Below the pieces are notes generated by a model. The model was not told the DNA's origin, ran no database searches, and saw only the letters and a program-made list of their open reading frames with translations. 64,000 nucleotides of DNA. Origin: Pocillopora damicornis. Lineage: Eukaryota. The stretch spans positions 682,001 through 746,000 of the forward strand of contig NW_020844944.1 in NCBI RefSeq assembly GCF_003704095.1, read 5' to 3'. Positions 52,889-64,000 of this stretch are shown in pieces. The position numbers were made by a program, and so were the translations under genes. The first letter of the stretch is position 1, and every line of letters starts with the position of its first letter.

Positions 52889-55800
52889 TCAGCCTAGAAA
52901 ACAAAGGACAGTGGGTCTCTTCAGTATTATGTCCTTATACAGGAAAGGTGGGTAGGAAGGTGAGTGATGCAAGATCCAAGTTATCCCCAGTTGACTATAA
53001 AACTCAACCTAGAGTCTTACTTTCCTGAACATGAACTAAACCACATACAGATATTTATTTTAACCACAAAAAAAGTGTCTTTAAGGTTTTCTAACGATCT
53101 TGAGTTAACATTATGCCAACTATTCCTCATATTTTTTGAAGGATATAATTTATTTAAAACTAACTCTTTGTACCTAGACGTTTCGAAAAGAGTCTGTCAT
53201 GAGTTCCATCATGACACCTCGCTTTAGAGCTAGAAAAACGTCAAATGATACTCACTGCAGAAGCCGCAAGTCCACTTGCAAACCTCTTTGACGTAATCCA
53301 AATAGTTAGGATCAGTGCACATTCCGTTTTGTTTGTACCCTGGACAGTACTGAGGATAAACATCCTTACAATTCCCTGATCCACCTAGAGAGAAAGCAAA
53401 ACGAACAGGTTCATCCCCTTCCCCTTCCCGAGCCAAAAGGCCCGCATTTCTGAAGCTCACAGCGATCGCGACTTTTGTAACATGAAGCGATGGGTAGTAT
53501 TGCTACTACCCCTGAAAGGAACGATAGTCCATTCCAGGGTTACCCCAAAGAATTTCACCTGGTACCCGAGATGAGAGGCATTGTGAGAGTAACGCATCTA
53601 GCCCCTGTCTGGCACAAGAACATTATACAGTGACTCTGGTCCGGGCTTGACCTTAGACCTCCCGGTTTGGAATTTAAAGCGGAAAACTTTAGGCCACCAC
53701 ACCTCGTTAACTATTTACACATGCGCCCTGCGGGAGGCCTGAGCTTAAAAGGCTCCTAGCGTATGCGTGAGTACACGCTTTTTTGCAAGTAGACCTTATG
53801 GGGGCCTTATGAACTAATACTGAGAAGCATATGGAAACTCTGTGGGAAAGGGTCAACACTTTTCACATACATTTCAAATGCTTTTCACGTGCCTTTCACC
53901 TGCATATGAAGATTAGACTGCGCTCAAGTTTAACCCTAACTAGCGCCATTAACAGGAAACGTGAGACTTTTTAGACGGTACTTGCATAAAAGTGGCCACT
54001 CTTACGATTAAGGATTCTTCCTTTCTTCGTCACATTGGTAATAATCGTTTTACCTACCACAGAATCCGCAGGTAGCAGGGCAGACACTGGTCATGTAGTC
54101 GACATGAGTGGTGCACATTCCCCTTTTCTTGTAGTCGGGACAGTATTTAGGATAAACGTCTTTGCAGTTTCCGGTTGGTTGTGTGGTAGGCTTGGGAGGC
54201 TGGGGTGGCTTAGTTGTAACAACAGGGGGTGGGGTAGGCGCTTGAGTTGGTCCTGCATTGAAAGATACGAAAAAGTAGCTGCATATCTTTTCGTGTTTAT
54301 CTTTTTCTGGAATGTTTGTAAGCAGAAAATGAAAAAATTCATTGCGTTTGACTTTCATCAGGAGTTAATCAGGAATTCTGGGTGTAACAAAACTGACAAT
54401 ATTCTTGGCTGACTCGATAAGTTTCTGATTAATTCACCTTTGCACTGAGCGCATGTTCTCTCACAATGCGCGTTCATCCATATTGGGTTCTTAGAACATT
54501 CGCCACCAGCTCCCCAGGTCTCGCACGCCACTGGGTACACATCCTGACAATCTTAAATTTAAATCGCAGGAAAGTCAACGAGGGATAAAGAAGCAGGTAA
54601 GAGAGATATTTCAGCAAAGAAAAGACCAAATTTTTGCGAGATCTCCAAAGAAGTAATCGCTTTACAAACCACGGTGAGTTCCATTAGTGTATTCTGTAGT
54701 TATGTTTTCCTACGAGCTAGATATATAATGATGTTAAACAATAAACATACTGTGCTATTTTTATACCTCTCAATGTCTCCATTTCAAAGAGTCAAGTGAG
54801 TTTAGGAGAAACGAAGAACTCGTTCATTTAGTGATTACATTGAAGAAATGTAAAATGGTTTCCGTGTTTACATAGCCTGATGTAAACACGCGGGAGGTTG
54901 GGAGAACACGAGATAAGCGTAGGAAACCACGACGCGAAGCGGAGTGGTTTTTAGCTTATCGAGTTTTTCCAGCTTATCGAGGGTTACGCCGTTCCATCTA
55001 TATATGTATCTTCCTTACTCTTACGTGACATCGCACTTAAATTAATATGTAATATGAATTGAAGACTCTCAGACTTTGGCGAAGATTGTGCATATACTCA
55101 ACGATAAATGATTCATGTTTAAGATCCATAAAGCTCACCAGAGGGGGGCTCTGCAAATAAATCAAACAAATGAATAAGATAATTGCGAAGAAAATAAATT
55201 TAAAAAAAGTGCAATCTTTGAATGGTCAATATTGTGACATCATACCTCCGCATGTTCTGCAGCTTTTGGCGCAATTCGTCGACATCCACATGAGATTGAG
55301 CCCGCATTCACCCGAGTTCATCCAACCTTGACAGTCGTTGTACTTATCCTCGCATTTACATTCTTAGGGAGGAGAAACAGATTAAACAGAGAGGTAAAGT
55401 AAGCATGATTTTTACGGCCAGCGGCAAACAACAAAAAATTGAAACTCGTGCAGTCTGCTTTCATCCATTTTTACTCTTTACGCAAAGTAGAGGGGAAAGG
55501 AATGGGTTAAAAAGTTGATGATCAACTCACGAGATGGATCTGGATTTCCACTTCCGGGCAAAACTGCAACAACAAAGAACGGTAGCGGTCAATGTAGCTG
55601 TGATCGAACAGCTAAATCAAGGACAAATACTTAAACTCAGCTTCTTGTTGAGTTTTAAATGAAATTAAATATGGCGTGGAACAACGGAAAATTGGGTCTA
55701 TAAAGATAAATTATAATCTTATCTGCTCTCCTAGCCAGCCTTCATTGAGCGTTTGGTGGCACTATCAATGCCAATGAGACCTCGGTTGAAACGAGAACTA

Positions 55801-58800
55801 TGTCTTTGGGCAGTGATCCAGTTATCAATTACAACACCAATTTTGCAGAGGGACTGGTGCAACACTGATTACCTAGAAATCTCATTGGACAACTAGGTCT
55901 TCTACAGGATTTTGCATAAAGAGGGTCTTATATTAACTTCTCAGTGCCACTTGTGTGTGTGTTGAGGGGAAGGGGGGAGGGAGTGTTTTAGCAAAATTTA
56001 ACATTATTTTTTCTTGGCAAAGAGGGAGGTTAGATGTATCCTTGGATCTCATCTTGATTTATTTGCCTTGATCATGAAAATAATAATAAAGAAAATAAAT
56101 TGCCAAGCAAAAATGTAAGAAACGGTAATAGCTTTAGCTTCAACCGCTCTCTAATTTACCTGTAGGAGGAAGTTGGTTTGTCTGACAACTATAAAGTTTG
56201 TTGATTTTCTGTATGTCTTGGGGACTGAACTTCCTCAGGTAAACTGGTGTCACTTCGTACGATGGATCTTTCTTAACAAGCATAGTTGGACGGCAGTAAC
56301 CGTTGGTAAACGCAGAGTTCTCGTAATGCATGATGGATGTCAGATCGTACTTGAAGCCTTGGACATCTGCCTCATCAAAAGTGTACTTGCGAAAAGCGTC
56401 CTTGAAACCTTTAAGATTGAAGAGAAGATCATAGTTAATACTCAACAGCAAGATTAAAAAGGAAAAGCTGAGCAATGATTGGACTCTGACATGAAGCCAC
56501 CAGAGGCTCTGCTTTTTTCAGATGATGTCATGAATCCGACAAAATTTTTTGCTCTTTTACTTTGAATTCATTGATTCTGATGAGGCACCACCATTGTTGG
56601 AACAAACGACATGTTATTCAGAGGAGATAAACAGTAAGTACTCAGAGTACATATATTCTAGGCTCAGATAAAATGAATAGATCATTACAGGGAAAACATG
56701 ACAGAACATTGGCCGACGCGTCACCAGAAAATTTACCTTAGATTCCAAAATCTTTTTCGAGAAGGGATAAAAAAATAATTTCTCACCGTACTGAACGTTG
56801 TCCCACAAAATGTTTACATTATCGTCACGGTCAGGCCTGTTGTGTTCGTGAAAGTAGCCGATTGCGTGACCAAACTCATGAAGAACCAGGCCAACATACT
56901 GGCAGCCATCTCCCATATTTAGGATTTGTTCCCCACCGATCGCGCCCACCATTGAGTTACATCTACAAGAGATTTACGAGAGAGAAAAGTTTCCTACGAT
57001 AGTTATCAACCGTTTGGCTTCGTAGGCTCGGATATCCTTCCGATATCCAGGAGTATACCAAAGATATGTCTCCCAGGCTACCTCAGGTCGTAAGCCGGCA
57101 GAGGAGCCCATCCGACATCCCACCGATCATGAGGAAGGATGTGAAGGGTTACACCGTTACAAGTAGCAGAGACAGACGACGTCTGAGGCTCCTTCCCCCT
57201 TCCCCCTTTCCACCCATCCCCACTTACCTGACAAAGAAACAAACCCTTGAAACCTCGATTACTCATCACTTAAAAGAAGCGGAGGGAAATTACTACTGAT
57301 ACTTATTATATGGCTGACCCCTGGAAACCAAGGTATAGCAAGTTACGTTTTTTTGATTAAGGGAGGCCAAATCAGCCTTTCTCCCGCTTGCAGTTTCCGC
57401 CTCGCTCCCACAAAGTATAACTTTTTTGCAATAATGCTTTAGCCAAATGCTTCATTGATCAGACTCATTCAGTCAAGCCCTCCAAAAACGAAAGAAAAAA
57501 GTCCTGTGGTGGCCTTGTTCCGCTCAATCGCCAAAACTCCATCCTGTTTCTTCACAATATTCTCTGTGATATTTATACTCCTAACTGAGAGACTAAAAAT
57601 AGAAAAAGGTGAAATTTGAGAAACAAACGCTGGTGTTTTCCAAACCTTATGAGAAAAAAATTGTGTCATGTTCTCAAAAAATTAAAATTCTCACTAGTCA
57701 TTATGTTTAGACACCTTACCCTGATGCTGGTTTGACAATCCTGATATAATCTCTTTGGTTCGTCCTCTTCACAAATTGTAGACATGTGTATTTATGATAT
57801 TCTCTGATGCCTTCCTCGATCTGGCTTTTCAGGTGATCATCTAAGACACAAAACAATAAAAGGAGGAGAAGAAGGAAAGGCAAGTTCTACATATATATAT
57901 TTTAATGAGTGAATAAATGTCATAAACATTTAAATAGATGGATAACTGACTAACTGATGCCGAAAGATGTGCAAGATTAGTTTATACTTAAACAGTACGT
58001 AATGTTGAAAGCGCACTCTCATTGGTTACCCAAACCCCGAACTCGCGCGGGATTTGCTCCCACAAATATTATCTTTGCAGGAAAAAAGAGTTAAAATCAT
58101 CTTTTTGTGCTAAATTATTCCACTGTTTTAGTATCTACGTAAACAAATATTTACCTCCACTTCGACACAGTAGTAGTTGTTAAATACCGCAGAAAGCACT
58201 GCAAGAGTCGCAATGTTTGGTGTCTTACTTACCCACGCTGGAATCAAGAATGTAAGGCACCACTCCGTTTTTCCATAGGTTCACGTTTTTCATGGCATTT
58301 CTGGTTTCTCCACGGTAAAGAGAGGCAGTTTTGCTGTCCAGCATGATATCCCCTTCGACGATATCTATGACAAAACAAAAAAGTTTACTCCTTCAACCGA
58401 AAGAATATCAACTGATCAGTTTTTAATCTCTTAATTTAAATCAATACTCCATCAGGTTCTCTCTTTCGGGGTGCTACTATACGAGGAGAACAACATCGCT
58501 TTCTTGCTGCTATACTTTTTCTTAAGAGTTGAGTCTTAAAATTTTGTGTTTAGTCAGATTATACCCTCCAAACAGTAACAACTGTTTTCAGGACAAAGTG
58601 TTAAAATTACTTTGTAAATTTGCATGATTTACACTTTTACACTTCTGAGAGATAAAAGATGGGTGTGTAATGCAAAGGCTGACATAACTCTAAAAATACA
58701 CACTAGGCATCAAATCAAATCAAATCTTGTTACCTCCAGCCCGCAAAAATGTTCTCACTTTGAAATTCTTTGTGAATATACCGTAACCTGGTGGCCTGGG

Positions 58801-59454
58801 AGACTTCTCAAGTCCTGTCAGCAAAGATCGAAAACGCAATTATGAGAGGAACGACGAGTAGGTATGCAATGAATCCTCTTTAAATTTGGAATGTTGCCGC
58901 ATTCGCCGCACCTTTCTAGCTCAATTTTCATGCATAGTCATAAGTGACCTTAAGGCTTTGGGGTCTACTTTCAGCGGGAAGAGGGGAATTCTCTGGGGTA
59001 GGCATTAAAACTGAAGTAGGAAAATTCCGGTGAGATTAAAACCTAGAAAAGAAGTGAGGCCCTTTTTTTAAATTTGCCACGGTTAGGACATCCATTCGGT
59101 ATTGCTTCATTGTCTGTTTTGAGTTTTCTTTTTATTCTCACATCGTCAGCCGCCGATGCCATGTTGAACTAAAGCATCTATAGTAATAAATAAGCATTTC
59201 GAGCGAGAGTTTGGAAAGGACACTAAAATGGCAAGAACATAGAGGGTCAAACTATATCTGATTACAAACCCTACGAGGCTGATGATGATTGCAAATTGTA
59301 ACCGAGTCAAAACGGTGTCGGTATTACCGTCTGAGGCTTCTGGACTCCGCTGTGAGTAGGACCAGAAAGAAACTCATTACTTGTGCTACAAATACTTATG
59401 CATCTTACCATGAGCACTAAAAACCGCCAAGACTAGGATGACAAGTGTCTTCAT
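52889..59454 (-). CDS. Secreted astacin-family (M12A) zinc metalloprotease with four C-terminal ShK domains
   Basis: Signal peptide MKTLVILVLAVFSAHG, propeptide VEGDI, RNA junction, HEFGHAIGYFHEHNRPDRD zinc motif and SIMHY Met-turn. Exons 59454-59409, 58814-58734, 58364-58233, 57840-57720, 56962-56787, 56408-56160, 55563-55531, 55362-55246, 55150-55139, 54551-54438, 54252-54058, 53384-53256, 52893-52889. Four six-Cys ShK modules. Confidence 0.93.
53440..53705 (-). mobile_element. Degenerate tRNA-derived SINE in an astacin intron
   Basis: The minus strand starts gaggtgtggtggcctaa (A-box-like) then ggtcaagccc (B-box-like), followed by tgttcttgtgccagac, tactctcacaatgcctctc, taaccctggaatggacta and cgcttcatgttac. 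This is the layout of common cnidarian/deuterostome SINEs, recognised from memory. Confidence 0.7.
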
Positions 59455-60450
59455 CTTGATTCAATTGTCGAAGCTGTAACTGTTAACGGAAGACTATGCC
59501 TGCCTCCCTAAAGGTAAGTGGAAGGTAGAGATCACTTCTTTTATGGGGTGGTTTCCGATTGTAGCTCTTGGCCATCTGCACGTTTGTGTTAACAAAAAAT
59601 ATAAAGAACATATTGAATTTGGTACATCACCTTTTATAATTCTGTATAAGTTGGTTTGTCCAGTCCGCAGCTGTGCGTATGCTCTTTGAAATTTTGTTTA
59701 CTCTTGTCTCGACAACTTTTATTGTTAAAGGACAATAAATGAGACCAAAAAATTGGCACTATTTGTATAATTTCACTTATTCACGACTTTTTTCTACGTT
59801 TTCTTTAACGAAGATTGTACTTGCTTCACGATCTCTCGTTCAATCCAAGAAGGTATGCCACGCGTCATTGGTAGCTCAAGTTATAGACGCTTTTGGCGTC
59901 AAACTATCCCCTTCTCAACTCTGTGAATATCCCGCACGCAACGGTTCAAAACAGATACCTTAAATCTCTCGGTTTCCTGCATAAAACATAAACATTAAAC
60001 TCAGAGATGCTTCTGTGATTTCGTTTCAATAGTTGTAGGATCAGCTGAGTTACCGATCTATCCTCTCCGCTCATATTGCGTTTCTTAGCATGTACAATCA
60101 GTGAACGCTGAAATAATACTGACATTGCGTTCTTTCACAGAATGAGGTGTACGGTACCAATGTTTACTTTAACTCCATTATCAAAGTCATCAAATAAAAT
60201 ATCTCATGCTAAACATGACACGGTTATATCATTTGAGGATGATGTTATTGTCACTGACATATGTTCCTATTGCAGATAGTATGGAGGCTGTCAGTCATAC
60301 TCATCGGTTTAAATCTTCGCGAGCGACACTAATGCAAGCATACTTCCAGCAACTGAACCACTGAATATCCAAATTAAGTCTGCAATATCTATGGTTTGAT
60401 TATAGGATATTATTACACCCATTTTGAAATCACTGATGGTCCCTGTAATC

Positions 60451-60550
60451 NNNNNNNNNNNNNNNNNNNNNNNNNNNNNNNNNNNNNNNNNNNNNNNNNN
60501 NNNNNNNNNNNNNNNNNNNNNNNNNNNNNNNNNNNNNNNNNNNNNNNNNN
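60451..60550. other. Assembly gap (100 N)
   Basis: Run of N. Confidence 0.99.
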
Positions 60551-61378
60551 CAACATGTTAGTAGACGGAGAGAATGTTAGTTATGAACTCATCTTCTCTT
60601 TTGGTATTTGGTCCACTTGAAAGCAGAGCGACTTTTGTCATGAGGCCCTACAAAGAAGTAGGAAAGTCCGAAAGAAACAGTAAATGGCAACAAAACACAC
60701 TCTGAGAGACCTAATAAAGATTGCTAGGATTTCGGTGGAGCAGCGCTCGATGATTGCTGAGTGACCATGACAAAAAGAGTACGAATCGAGTCGTAAAAAC
60801 AAGCTAAAATCAGTCAAACTGTAAATATTTCTAGTAGCCAATGCAAACGCGAAATGAACGAAGCAAAAAAGCACGAAACGCGTGGAAATGCGACTGATCC
60901 AGTCACAATTTGTTTATGACTGGTCGAGAGGAAAGCGCGCGGGTTTCATGGGCCATTCAAAGACCAACCACAGGGGCAAATAACACAATATTCATTTGAC
61001 AGTCCAAAGCAATCCGCAATTGCATCAGTTTTGTCACAATTTTCTCTGCCTGCGTTATACAAAACTGGCGCCATCCTTTTTAAACTAACGGATCAAATAC
61101 AATCAGCCACTAAACTGCAGATTCTTGACCTAAGATCATTGGTTAAAATTGTCTAACTTTAAATTTACATGGACATCTATATTTGAAAAAGTGTGAAATG
61201 AATCAACAGCTGAGCAAAGAGGGCAATAGAAGATAAAGTTGTCACCCTAGACATCGATCATTGCTCTGCCCCTGTCTCTGGGAAGATAAAAAGAGGATTG
61301 AGGACCTGACCCATGTATATTACAAGCGGTGATTCTCAAGAAAATTAGTTTTGTACAAAAGTTCCTAGCGATTCCAAA

Positions 61379-62338
61379 ATGGAGTTAAAAGCAGTCATAA
61401 CCGCGTTGGCTTACAGCATATTGATATCAGGCGCCTTTCTAGGAAACTTAGTGGTGCTATTTGTTATAAAAAAGTTCCAGCATATGCACACCACGACAAA
61501 CTTCCTATTGGCAAACCTGGCTGTAGCTGGTCTGTGGATAGCATTTTAGAGTGTTCCTTTTGTTATTCTTAATTCCTTGACCCACGTACATGAAGAGGGA
61601 GGCCAGTTTTTGTGCAAGTTTTTGTCCATGAACAACATGAGCGGGATCTCAATTGTCGTGAGCGTGGGTACAATGACTCTCCTCGCTGTAGAGAGATATT
61701 TTGCTCTGCTGAAACCGATGAACACGCAGTTAAGAATAGAGAAGAGCGCAGTATGGAAGTATGTGACGGGTCTTTGGTTATTCGCTACTCTGCTTAATAT
61801 GCCTACCATTCTTTATGCTGAGTTTGACGAGGAAAGACAAAAATGCGTGTACATTTGGAACCAAACGCCATACGCTGTTACAATCGTTTTTTTCGCTGCG
61901 TTTTCCGCGAGTATCATAACCTTCTGTTACGGTAAGATTTTAATAGAACTTTACATTAGCAAGACAATTTGCAACGAAGGTGTTGAGGAAGATCAGGAAT
62001 CAAAGCAAAAAGTTGTGAAATTACTTCTGATCCAAGTTATCGGGTTTTTCTTATCTTACGTTCCATTCGTGGTGGTCGAATTTGTGATACCACAGAAACG
62101 TCCCATTTTACACTACATTTGTACCTATCTTCTGTACTGTAGCTCGGCTATAAACCCGATAATTTACGCGCTTCGCTGCTCTAACTATCGCAAAGCATAC
62201 AAAGAAGTCGCACTGGAGTTTAAGGAGCGAATGAAATGTTGTTCTTGTAAAGTGAGACCAGTGCAACAGAGCTTCTCTTCAAGTGGAAAAGAGTCGACAC
62301 GCACTCCAAATTATTACACTTCAGATCAAGTAATCTGA
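61379..62338 (+). pseudogene. Intronless rhodopsin-class (class A, peptide-receptor-like) GPCR with an in-frame TAG in TM2
   Basis: ATG 61379 gives TM1 (GNLVV) and HTTTNFLLANLAVAG, then TAG at 61547-61549. The same frame continues (ORF 61577-62338) with C3.25, ERY, TM4 W, SYVP and NPIIY. Pseudogene versus sequencing error is unresolved. Confidence 0.75.
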
Positions 62339-63202
62339 TTTCTACCCCGCAAGATCAATGGTCACGTTAGGTAATGGACATGGTATTTAAATCATTTAAT
62401 TGAAAAGATACCTTGTTTAATCAGGAAACGGCTAATAAGAGCTGTGAACAATTGTTTGGTGTATTACTGAAAAGGCAGACACCGTGATGAAAGAAACGTC
62501 AAGTTTTTATTAGGTTTTTACTGAGGTGTAACGATAAAAGAAATTGGAAAACCAGTGCATACTATTGAAATTTTGAAAATTCAGTGTCTACTTGATCGAA
62601 TAAATCGAAGTTGCTCGGTCCGTCATCTGTTTTGTAGGTTTACATATCTTCAAATAGACTCTACAGTGGTGGAAAATATGTTAGACAAACATCACTTTTT
62701 ATAAATTGAAAATGGAGAAAAATTTTGACTTTGCTATCAGCTGAAACATTTTAACGTCATTTAATTGAACTTGTCAACTGATTTCAACTTGTCAACTTTT
62801 TCGCAGATAACGAAACGTTTCATTTTCTTCTCTCGGAAAGGAAACCGCCTGCCACACATCCTCCTCCACGGCGGTCTTCTTTCCGGTATTTGTGAGCAAG
62901 AAAACGATAGTTGTTTGCATAAAATTATTATTATTTTTGCCTAATGAGTAGAAAATCATCGTATTAGACTGGTAATCTGCCCTTTTCTCGATGGGATCAT
63001 TTCCCTAACTTCGGCCTATCATCGGATAATTTACAATGGTAAATCGCACAACAAGCTTGAATACAATAAATATGAGGCAGCCCGATAAGAATTAAACAGT
63101 GCATTGTTACGTCTTATGTTACGGAGTCAAGATAAGTAAAACGCTATCGAGTTAATTTATTTTCCCACTTGTAAAAAATTATAAAGAAATGTGAAAAGGA
63201 AC

Positions 63203-63782
63203 TCAGATAGAGAGGGTTTCCATATGTCCCCAGGTCTTTCCAATGCTGAGAGTCACAGGAAGGGGTACCTATGTAAAATAGATGTTGTAGGTTAAATGTT
63301 TTATCACTAAATTAAAAGTTTTGAATAAGCTAACTTTTCTGTCATTTTAAGGCAGAATGGTAAAAATTGTGGCAACGCAACACGCGTTTAACATGTGGGG
63401 TAAGGGTTCAAGTACCAGCGGTTTTAGTACCGCGCTAAAGCTGCAGATACTTGAGCCCTTACCAAACTTTACACAAGAAAAAGTTTATTCTTTTTTAAAT
63501 CAGCTTAATTGTCTATACCAGCCCATTACCTTCAGCTTGACTTTGCTACCAAGCAGCTCTTCTGTAGACTCCATAATCGATTTGATGTATGCTGTATCCA
63601 TCAAAGAAGAATTCAAAATTATTCTAGCGTTACTACTGATTACATCATCGCTCATCATGAATTTTTCTACAAGAGCCTGCCGAAAAAAGAAGATTGTTGA
63701 TTTCCAAGTCTTACCTGCCACTCTTTTGATTTCGTCCCCAGGAACTTCTAGAAGGAGTTCATCATGTATTTGTAGGAGCAAT
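63203..63782 (-). CDS. POLN: Family A DNA polymerase, last three exons, DNA polymerase nu-like (5' part outside the window)
   Basis: Exons 63782-63715 (LLLQIHDELLLEVPGDEIKRVA, motif C), 63591-63530 (AYIKSIMESTEELLGSKVKLK) and 63268-63203 (VPLPVTLSIGKTWGHMETLSI*). The VPL.V.LS.G..WGH ending fits POLN better than POLQ. Confidence 0.78.
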
Positions 63783-64000
63783 CTACACAAAACGGACACG
63801 AACCAAACTTTTGAGATATCAAAATTACTTACATAAGTCATTCGAACAAGGTAGAAGTAAAAGAAGGGAAGCTTGACAAGGCAAGAACATGGACAAAAAA
63901 CAAACTGACAGAGACGAAATAAAACAGATAAAACAATAAAAATTCGTCAGGATTAAATAAACGTAAGTGGTAGTAGATTTTTGCGTAAAAAAAGGCTAAT

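Noticed and set aside
53929-53945. TAACCCTAAC as a telomerase RNA template
   Set aside because: It is an isolated 10-mer antisense in an intron, with no identifiable pseudoknot or H/ACA domain.
53256-55362. ShK domains as Kv-blocking toxins
   Set aside because: They lack the Lys-Tyr dyad at the position used by ShK toxin and are fused to a protease.
59080-59180. Extra astacin propeptide exon
   Set aside because: It has a stop in the required phase, and exon 1 joins 58814 cleanly in frame.
63592-63680. Novel ~28 aa insertion after motif C of the polymerase (ORF 63500-63841)
   Set aside because: It is better explained as intron read-through. The acceptor at 63591 restores a gap-free POLN-like sequence.
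314-63836. Most short ORFs in the supplied track
   Set aside because: They are antisense shadows of real exons, repeat-derived, gap-spanning or low-complexity, with no coding support.

Overview
Eukaryotic, AT-rich, intron-containing animal DNA. It is most likely a scleractinian coral or other anthozoan; this is inferred from ShK-astacin content and repeat style, not proven. There are four assembly gaps. Genes in order: (1) a minus-strand tandem array of at least 3 two-exon paralogs (1-10044) with an N-terminal F-box-like motif and a C-terminal region I cannot assign to a known family; (2) a two-exon TRC8/RNF139(RNF145)-like membrane RING E3 ligase (-), head-to-head with (3) PUF60 (+, 12 exons); (4) GLRX3/PICOT (-, 13 exons); (5) ANKRD55-like (-); (6) a secreted astacin metalloprotease with four ShK domains (-); (7) an intronless class A GPCR with an in-frame TAG in TM2 (+); (8) the 3' exons of a family A DNA polymerase, POLN-like (-). 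Non-coding DNA holds many ~200 bp TTAA-flanked MITEs, a 1.07 kb foldback element with an 8 bp TSD whose empty site survives in a paralog, a GTCA minisatellite, palindromic elements and a tRNA-derived SINE. The best candidate for something undescribed is the F-box-like array with an apparently internally duplicated unknown domain. All exon models were built by hand from GT/AG sites and frame continuity, without expression data.
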